Positions 16,822-22,546 of a DNA stretch of 22,546 nucleotides are shown here, piece after piece. The stretch is from Acidilobaceae archaeon (lineage in GTDB: Archaea > Thermoproteota > Thermoprotei_A > Sulfolobales > Acidilobaceae): contig JAWBBK010000001.1 in NCBI GenBank assembly GCA_038824665.1, forward strand, positions 453,854 to 476,399, read 5' to 3'. Position numbers and translations under genes: made by a program. The notes under the pieces are model-generated. The model saw only the letters and a list, made by a program, of their open reading frames with translations. It had not been told where the DNA came from and did not search any database. Position 1 is the stretch's first letter, and every line of letters starts with the position of its first letter.

Positions 16822-18022
16822 AATGAACGACCTCCTCTACAGCCTTCACGACTCCTTTCATGAACACATGGGGCGAGAACTTCTCGATATGTTCAAGCGG
16901 AGCTGTCTTAGGCTTCTCGAGCGCCTCCTTGACTTTCTCTGATATCTCCAAAGGTTCTTGATTGTTGAACCCATAACAATATTTACCTTCAAGACATACG
17001 TCTGTCCAAGTGCCGCTAAAGGTGTGAACTACGAGAGTAGCTCCAGCAACCATAGCCTCTAAGGGAGCGATCCCGAACTGTTCTCCCGCTGCTGCATGAA
17101 GATATGTTGAACACGAAGACAAGATCTCCACCTTTCTCTGATTGTCTACGTTTGCTTCTACAATAACGTTGGACGGAGCTCTTTTCTTTATCTTTTCGTA
17201 ATAAGCTCGTGAAGCCATTCCGTACACTCCTCCAATTATGTAAAATCTTACGTCTTTCAGGATCTTCGCAACTTCTAGCACTAGTTCGTAGTTCTTTTCA
17301 GAACTGAATCTGCCAAGCGTGGTCACACAGAGCTCTTTACTCCTGTTCCTCGCTGAAAGCAGTTCGCTCATTCTAGGAAGTGGAGGATATAAGATGCTCG
17401 TCTTTTCAAGCACTTCATTACAACACTTGTAAACGTTGTTTAACGCATACTCTAGAGCTCTAAGAGTAAACGTAGAGTTCACTAATATCTTGTGAGACTT
17501 AAGGAGAAGTTCTTTGAAACACCTTCTCGCTAATAGCGAATACGGCTTCACGTAGAGCCATAGAACAAGGCTTTCGAGAAAGCCTCTAATCCCATAACTC
17601 AAAGGGCTCTTAAGCGAGTACCTGTTATGAACTCCAGGGTTCCACTTCTCGTCAAGCATGAGAACTAGAGGGAAGTGCATATAGTAGACCACTGGCGCCT
17701 TGAGCCGTTTTGCTGAAGGAGGGAAGCCAGCAGTAGCGACAACGACATCATAGTCTCCTCGATATGCTTCAAGCCATGAGAGGATCCCTTTATATATAGC
17801 GAACGCTCTCACGTTTAGCGATGGATGTTTGAGTTCTACGTTCGGAGGAAGCGGTTCTCCCACGAGCTCCTCGTAGGCTTGAGGATCAGGCCTTTCAGAA
17901 GTCGACACTACAACTTTGAAGCCAGCATCAGTTAAAGCCTTAATAGTATAATAGAAAACTGTTTGTCCTCCACCATAGCCCCAGCGCTGATTAACCACTA
18001 GAACTCTCATCTCGACGTTCAC
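16808..18022 (-). CDS. GT-B fold glycosyltransferase, family 4 (Alg11-like features)
   Basis: N-terminal GGGQ, YYMHFP, VNSTFT, LYPP, LGRFSSEKN, EQFGIAPLEAM (Ex7E). Confidence 0.9.
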   Translation of the reverse strand: MNVEMRVLVVNQRWGYGGGQTVFYYTIKALTDAGFKVVVSTSERPDPQAYEELVGEPLPPNVELKHPSLNVRAFAIYKGILSWLEAYRGDYDVVVATAGFPPSAKRLKAPVVYYMHFPLVLMLDEKWNPGVHNRYSLKSPLSYGIRGFLESLVLWLYVKPYSLLARRCFKELLLKSHKILVNSTFTLRALEYALNNVYKCCNEVLEKTSILYPPLPRMSELLSARNRSKELCVTTLGRFSSEKNYELVLEVAKILKDVRFYIIGGVYGMASRAYYEKIKKRAPSNVIVEANVDNQRKVEILSSCSTYLHAAAGEQFGIAPLEAMVAGATLVVHTFSGTWTDVCLEGKYCYGFNNQEPLEISEKVKEALEKPKTAPLEHIEKFSPHVFMKGVVKAVEEVVHFSRL

Positions 18023-18032
18023 CTTTCAGACT

Positions 18033-18281
18033 TCACGACGTATAGCACAGTCTTACCTTGAGAGGCTGTCTAGACTGTCTTCTTCTAGAAAACGACACGA
18101 TCACGTTGTCCTCCAACTCCTCTATCGAGAAGCTCTCGATTAATATCCTGAAGTTGCAGACCGGACACCTAAAATACCTCGAGCCCGTTCTTCTGTTTTC
18201 TCCTCTTTCCAGTTCTGTGTGAACATCCATCTCGCTTCGACATCGTGGACATAAGTGAAGGTCTTTACATTCGAGCCCCAC
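18033..18281 (-). CDS. Small putative Zn-ribbon protein
   Basis: CPRC and YFRCPVC pairs about 25 aa apart; ends 10 nt before the GT4 start on the same strand. Confidence 0.7.
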   Translation of the reverse strand: MGLECKDLHLCPRCRSEMDVHTELERGENRRTGSRYFRCPVCNFRILIESFSIEELEDNVIVSFSRRRQSRQPLKVRLCYTS

Positions 18282-18303
18282 TTCTACTCCCGTCGTTCAT
18301 CAC

Positions 18304-18320
18304 AAAAGCAAGCCTATAAG
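18304..18320 (+). promoter_or_regulatory. Putative BRE/TATA of tRNA-Cys
   Basis: AAAAGCAAG then CCTATAAG about 30 nt upstream of the tRNA 5' end. Confidence 0.45.
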
Positions 18321-18346
18321 GTCTAAGAGTAAGCTAAGATAGCGGA

Positions 18347-18449
18347 GCCGGGGTGGCCGAGCGGTCTAAGGCGACGGGCTGCAGTAAGTACGATCTGCTC
18401 GTCGTGGAGACCCGTTTACTCCCGGGTTCGAATCCCGGCCCCGGCTCCA
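18347..18449 (+). tRNA. tRNA-Cys(GCA) with 25-nt intron at position 37/38 (intron 18385-18409), CCA encoded
   Basis: Acceptor GCCGGGG/CCCCGGC, discriminator U, anticodon stem ACGGG/CCCGT, anticodon GCA 18381-18383, T arm CCGGG-TTCGAAT-CCCGG. Excising 18385-18409 restores the 7-nt loop CUGCAGA. Confidence 0.95.
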
Positions 18450-18492
18450 ATACATAATGCTCTTAAACCTCAGATATTTGCGTCAAAAGTGG

Positions 18493-18570
18493 GCCGCGGT
18501 AGTATAGCCAGGCCCAGTATGCGGGCCTTTCGAGCCCGTGACCCGGGTTCAAATCCCGGCCGCGGCACCA
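18493..18570 (+). tRNA. tRNA-Glu(TTC), intronless, CCA encoded
   Basis: Acceptor GCCGCGG/CCGCGGC, anticodon arm CGGGC-CTTTCGA-GCCCG (TTC 18529-18531), T arm CCGGG-TTCAAAT-CCCGG, ends ACCA. TCTTAAA TATA-like element at 18461. Confidence 0.97.
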
Positions 18571-18634
18571 CAAAACGAACTCCGCTGTTTTCCGACAGTT
18601 CTTTAAATTCCGTTTTCTGCCACCTCAAGAGGGA

Positions 18635-19825
18635 TTGCTGGTGGCTCAGCTACTAGAGGTCGAACGGTTATCTTGTAAGGAGAACATCGACACCGAGACC
18701 TTTGTTGAGATCACGAAGAAAGTTCTCAAAGCAGGAGGCGTTGAAGAAACTATAGCTGTAGACTCTGAAGGCAAAGTGATTGGGAACAAAGTTCTTTGCA
18801 ACGTTCTGATAAGGCTAGGCGTCAAAAAAATCCCTGTCTCTTTAATGAATCCAGAGAAAGTCTTCTACAGCCTAGAAGAACTCGGCTTTTATGATGAAGT
18901 TTTAGGAACGCCTTTTAGAGTTTTTGAGAATAGCGAAGAACTCCTCTATAAAGGATGGCCTACTCCTTTGGTTAGACTACGCAGTCTTGAGAATGGCTCT
19001 ATAAGAGTCTGGGGCAAACTCGAAGGCTTCAACCCTTGGGGTATGAGCGTAAAGGATAGAGTTGGCTGGATGATGTTCAAAAACGCTATAGAAGAGCTTA
19101 AGAAACCCCCAAAGCTAGTAGTCGAAGCCACGTCTACCAACACTGGTCTTGCAGTAGCTGCCATGTGTGCAATCTATGGGTCTAAGCTAAAGGTGTACAT
19201 ACCTAACACTGTCTCCAAAACAGGAGAGATTCTACTTAAGATCTTCGGAGCTGATGTCGTGAGATCAGACAAGCCTCTCACAACGGATCTGATAGATGAA
19301 GTAGAAGCTGAGGCCAAGAGGTTAGGAGCTGTAAGTCTTAACCAATTTTATAATGATGTAAATTTGGAGACACATCTGAGGTTTACAGCAAAAGAGTTAG
19401 ACCTTCAAGTCAGGAAGGCAGGTCTCAACGTTAAAGCCGTAATCGGAGGCTTAGGCACGTCAGGACATATGTCGGCTATAAGCATCTACTTTAAGAGTAG
19501 ATTGAAAGACATCAAAACATATGGAGTTGTTCCTAAGAAGGGGAGCACGATCCAAGGAATTAGAAGAGTAGAAAGTGGAATGAAGTGGCTTAAGTACACT
19601 GAGCTAGATGGAGTTGTGGAAGTAGACGCACGTGAAGCAGCAGAAGAGGTCGTGTTTTTAACGAGAAGAGAGGGAATATTCTTAGGGCTTAGTAGCGGAG
19701 CTGTTCTCAGCGCTTATAAGAAGCTCATCGAAGGAAGAGAGATTAGAGAAGGAGACGTGATACTAGTGCTTCCCGATATGGGGTTTAAATATGTAGACCT
19801 GATCTCTGAACTTCTCGGACTTTAG
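18635..19825 (+). CDS. cysO: PLP-dependent cysteine synthase, O-phosphoserine sulfhydrylase type, with extra N-terminal domain
   Basis: PTPLVRL, KLEGFNP..SVKDR (PLP Lys), EATSTNTG, NQFYND, GLGTSGHMSA, IQGIRRVESG, GLSSGA, PDMGFKY. Architecture resembles Aeropyrum pernix OPSS as I recall it. TATA CTTTAAA at 18601. Confidence 0.85.
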   Translation: MLVAQLLEVERLSCKENIDTETFVEITKKVLKAGGVEETIAVDSEGKVIGNKVLCNVLIRLGVKKIPVSLMNPEKVFYSLEELGFYDEVLGTPFRVFENSEELLYKGWPTPLVRLRSLENGSIRVWGKLEGFNPWGMSVKDRVGWMMFKNAIEELKKPPKLVVEATSTNTGLAVAAMCAIYGSKLKVYIPNTVSKTGEILLKIFGADVVRSDKPLTTDLIDEVEAEAKRLGAVSLNQFYNDVNLETHLRFTAKELDLQVRKAGLNVKAVIGGLGTSGHMSAISIYFKSRLKDIKTYGVVPKKGSTIQGIRRVESGMKWLKYTELDGVVEVDAREAAEEVVFLTRREGIFLGLSSGAVLSAYKKLIEGREIREGDVILVLPDMGFKYVDLISELLGL

Positions 19826-20112
19826 CTTTTCTCCTCGCTTTTGACCTCAAAAACTCCTATCCTGTAGTCTTCATCACTACCTTCAGGCTCAAGCACTTCT
19901 ACAAGTCTCGCGTCAAGACCTAGGTCTCTCATCTCATACGCTAGGTCCTCTATCCAGTCAGTCACACCACAGGTGTGACAGAACCTCCCAGAGAACACTA
20001 TATAGACTTTACCGTTCTCCTCTTTGATTATCTCAGCTACGGCTTCGGGGCTTCTGTACATATTGTATCTCCTAACGGCTTCTTCAATCTTCTCCCTCAG
20101 CCTGAGGTTCAT
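19822..20112 (-). CDS. Small conserved-looking archaeal protein with NifU-C-like FxGxFCxxC motif
   Basis: Helix, then VYIVFSGRFCHTCG, then helix, resembling NifU C-terminal 'V.l.GaC.gC' topology; 96 aa, acidic C-terminus. Confidence 0.65.
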   Translation of the reverse strand: MNLRLREKIEEAVRRYNMYRSPEAVAEIIKEENGKVYIVFSGRFCHTCGVTDWIEDLAYEMRDLGLDARLVEVLEPEGSDEDYRIGVFEVKSEEKS

Positions 20113-20166
20113 CCTTTACGCCCACGCAAGTCGGCTATTTCCAGCTTAAAAAGTCTGAGTTTAAGA

Positions 20167-21168
20167 CTAAGCAGTCATCTTAACGAAGTCCATCATAATC
20201 CCTAGTCCTTCTTTTAAAGCCTTCCTGTACACTAGCTGTGCCGTAGCTACGTCTTGAATCGCTAATCCAGTTGAGTCAAACACCGTGATCTCATCTTCAG
20301 CTATCCGTCCGGGCTTCTTTCCCGCAACGATCTCACCTAGCTCAGCATATATGTCTTTCAAGCTTATGACTCCTTGAGACAACGGAACGTTTATCTCTCC
20401 GCTATGAGACGCTTGTTCTATATCGTCAACTACTATCTTAGCTCTCTTCAAGATAGCTGGATCTAGCTCCTGTTTGCCAGGAGCGTCAGCCCCTATAGCG
20501 TTTATGTGTAGACCTTGTTCTATCCACTCGGCTTTGACAACAGGACCTTTAGCTGGAGTAGCCGTCACTAAAACGTCTACACCTCTTACGGCACACTCTG
20601 CACTCTCACAGATCACTACATCAACGCCTAAGGTCTTCTCGATCTCTTTCTTGTAGCTCTCGGCTTTCGAGTAGACAACGTCGTAGACCTTAACCCTCTC
20701 GAGCTTCATGACCCTAGAGGAGAACAAGGTCTGTATGTGTCCCTGAACTCCAGCGCCTATAACGCCTAGAACTCTTGAACCTCTTCTAGCTAAATACTTA
20801 ATCGCTATAGCTCCTCCAGCTCCGGTTCTATAGGCAGTTATTAAAGTGCCGTCCATGACAGCAAGAGGAGCTCCGCTCTCAGGATCTACAAGCAAGATCG
20901 TCGCCATCACTGTAAGTAATCCTCTCTTAGGGTTGTTTGGATGAACGTTGACCACCTTGACTCCAGCCATTCTGAACTTGGATATATATGCTGGCATAAC
21001 TCTCAAGTCTCCATTGTACTCGTCAAAGAAGAGATACATCTTCGGTGGCATCTGAACTCTGTTTAGACCTTTTTCTCTGAAAGCTTCTTCAACAACAGAT
21101 ATCACATCATCGAAGTCTAGAAGTCGTTCTATCTCTCTCCAAGAAAGAACTAGAACGCCCTTAGTCAT
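20167..21168 (-). CDS. ala: Alanine dehydrogenase, ornithine cyclodeaminase/mu-crystallin family
   Basis: QMPPKMYL, GDLRVMPAY, KVVNVHPNNP, TAYRTGA, IGAGVQG, HINAIGADAPGKQELD, FDSTGLAIQD; matches the Archaeoglobus-type AlaDH pattern. Confidence 0.88.
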   Translation of the reverse strand: MTKGVLVLSWREIERLLDFDDVISVVEEAFREKGLNRVQMPPKMYLFFDEYNGDLRVMPAYISKFRMAGVKVVNVHPNNPKRGLLTVMATILLVDPESGAPLAVMDGTLITAYRTGAGGAIAIKYLARRGSRVLGVIGAGVQGHIQTLFSSRVMKLERVKVYDVVYSKAESYKKEIEKTLGVDVVICESAECAVRGVDVLVTATPAKGPVVKAEWIEQGLHINAIGADAPGKQELDPAILKRAKIVVDDIEQASHSGEINVPLSQGVISLKDIYAELGEIVAGKKPGRIAEDEITVFDSTGLAIQDVATAQLVYRKALKEGLGIMMDFVKMTA

Positions 21169-21239
21169 CTCTGTCAGCCATATTTAAAGTGATTCTGTAG
21201 AACTTTATTAAAAGATCTAGCTCTTTGAGAACCAGCAAC

Positions 21240-22436
21240 CTATGTTGGCAAAAGAGCTAGAAAAACAAAAGGGACTATAGCCAATAGAGCTATAGATGTT
21301 GGAACTAACAGTCTATAAGATCTAAGCAAGCTTATGTTGTAGTACTGTAGTGTGTATATTAAACAAAGATGAAGCGGTGATATCATGTAGCCTATGAACG
21401 CCGCTATGTATATCAAAGTGACCTCCTTTACCGTAATAGGGTAAAAGGATGAAATCATTGGGAGGGAGATCGACACGCCTATAGAAATAGCTCCTGAGAA
21501 GAATCCGAAGAGAGTTGGAAGAGCTACCACTAGAAGAGGTCTTAGCTCGAAGTCTAAAGAGTTAATGCTTGAGTAGTCAGATAAACTGAAGACCTCTCTG
21601 AGAACTAAAGCCGAAAAGGTTACTACAAGGATATCCCATACCGTGTGGTCTCGGAAGGGAGCTAGAAGCTTCTCATAAGGAATTTGAGAGAACACTAGGA
21701 ACAAAGGCACAGAACTCAATACAGCGATCAACACTGAAAGACGAGAGCTTAAGCCTGCAATTTCTCCGAGGATCGCTATGATTATGGTTGCGAGCATTGG
21801 TACTAGCCCTCTTGCAAGACTGTTTTTATCGAAAGCACCGCTCAAAGCTTCTCCTTCATCTCTCCCAATTACCATAAGTCCAATCAAGATCATAGAAATT
21901 GACGCTATAAGCGACAGAGCCGCTATAGCCCATAAACTCACTCCAGCGATACTTGCCGCTACTATCATGACTGAATTCAAAGGATACGCTATTACGAGTG
22001 CGTGTCTAAACCAGACATTGATGAAAAGCTTCTTCTCGGAGTCCCAACCAAGCCTTCTTCCGATCTCATCGATAATTGGAGCTGACATCAGAGCTCCTCC
22101 TGGAACGGGAAGGAGTCCCAGAAGTGCCGGTGTTCCTATAGCCGCTATCTTAGGGTTTTTCAGAGCTTTGGAGAGTTCTTCGCCAAGAGTTGTAGCTAAG
22201 CCTGTGTTCCTATAGAGCGACACAAGCCAAGCAACAGCTCCTACTCCAGCTAACGTTTCAAAAGTATAGAAGTTAGTGAGCACTTTCTTGTAGACGTAAG
22301 GAACTACGTCAAGCCCTAAAGTTATAGATGCGATCAGCGACGCTAAAGCTACAGCTACAGATGGTGGGAGCTTAGCTAACGAAGCTATCAAAACCACTAA
22401 GACTACTAGAAGACCGACGAGTATAGCGTCTGCCAT
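21240..22436 (-). CDS. Polytopic membrane protein, DUF401-like (ion transporter superfamily)
   Basis: PALLGLLPVPGGALMSAP, INVWFRH, YPL, GYMISPLHLCL motifs; about 11-12 TM segments. Start taken at ATG 22436 (ORF track gives GTG 22448). Confidence 0.8.
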   Translation of the reverse strand: MADAILVGLLVVLVVLIASLAKLPPSVAVALASLIASITLGLDVVPYVYKKVLTNFYTFETLAGVGAVAWLVSLYRNTGLATTLGEELSKALKNPKIAAIGTPALLGLLPVPGGALMSAPIIDEIGRRLGWDSEKKLFINVWFRHALVIAYPLNSVMIVAASIAGVSLWAIAALSLIASISMILIGLMVIGRDEGEALSGAFDKNSLARGLVPMLATIIIAILGEIAGLSSRLSVLIAVLSSVPLFLVFSQIPYEKLLAPFRDHTVWDILVVTFSALVLREVFSLSDYSSINSLDFELRPLLVVALPTLFGFFSGAISIGVSISLPMISSFYPITVKEVTLIYIAAFIGYMISPLHLCLIYTLQYYNISLLRSYRLLVPTSIALLAIVPFVFLALLPT

Positions 22437-22546
22437 AGAGTTCCCCACAGCTTTGCTAACATAATCAGAAAACCGCAGAATTCGAGTTTGTCAGAAATCC
22501 TATAAGCTTTTACGACATTCTATAAAGCTTTGGAGATGAAGAGTTC

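Noticed and set aside
18270-18303. Minus-strand GTGATGA (perfect C box) followed by CGGGAGTA, complementary to tRNA-Cys UACUCCCG
   Set aside because: No D'/D box (CTGA) at suitable spacing; an 8-nt match is compatible with chance, and the region is the Zn-ribbon gene leader.
18347-18570. tRNAs as integration sites of a provirus or island
   Set aside because: No integrase and no duplicated tRNA 3' end found. The CCCGGGTTC.AATCCCGGCC similarity is just the T arm shared by the two tRNAs.
1744-22215. Short overlapping ORFs in the track (1744, 2906, 3339, 3696, 4701, 5580, 6390, 6647, 6655, 7976, 9245, 9475, 10599, 16389, 18946, 19975, 20474, 21778)
   Set aside because: Antisense or alternate-frame shadows of well-supported genes, with no recognisable motifs.
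1-22546. CRISPR array, IS element or rRNA
   Set aside because: No regularly spaced repeats, transposase motifs, long terminal inverted repeats or long GC-rich structural RNA were seen.

Overview
Compact, gene-dense archaeal chromosomal segment. TATA/BRE promoters, GGTGA Shine-Dalgarno sites, PCNA, an intron-containing tRNA-Cys, a stand-alone tRNA-binding OB protein and an Aeropyrum-type phosphoserine sulfhydrylase suggest a thermophilic Thermoproteota/crenarchaeote (inference). About 19 intact, mostly housekeeping CDSs: SagB-type nitroreductase, HAD phosphatase, SpeE, CcdA-like and LysE membrane proteins, SLOG protein, PCNA, GGR-family flavoprotein, a 5-gene Liv-type ABC transporter, aconitase A, Trbp/MetRS-beta, GT4 glycosyltransferase, Zn-ribbon protein, CysO, NifU-like CxxC protein, alanine dehydrogenase and a DUF401-like membrane protein. 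There are also two tRNAs (Cys with a 25-nt intron; Glu). Non-routine signals: (1) the Liv-type substrate-binding protein appears circularly permuted and C-terminally anchored; (2) a relic of a tetraether-lipid-synthase (Tes/MJ0619-family) radical SAM gene has lost its catalytic core, and its lesions can be reconstructed base by base; (3) a candidate box C/D sRNA shares a palindromic TATA with the ABC operon; (4) CysO carries a degenerate ParB/SerK-like N-terminal domain and lies just downstream of tRNA-Cys. No mobile element or CRISPR array was seen. All family calls come from motif recognition by eye; no database search was run.
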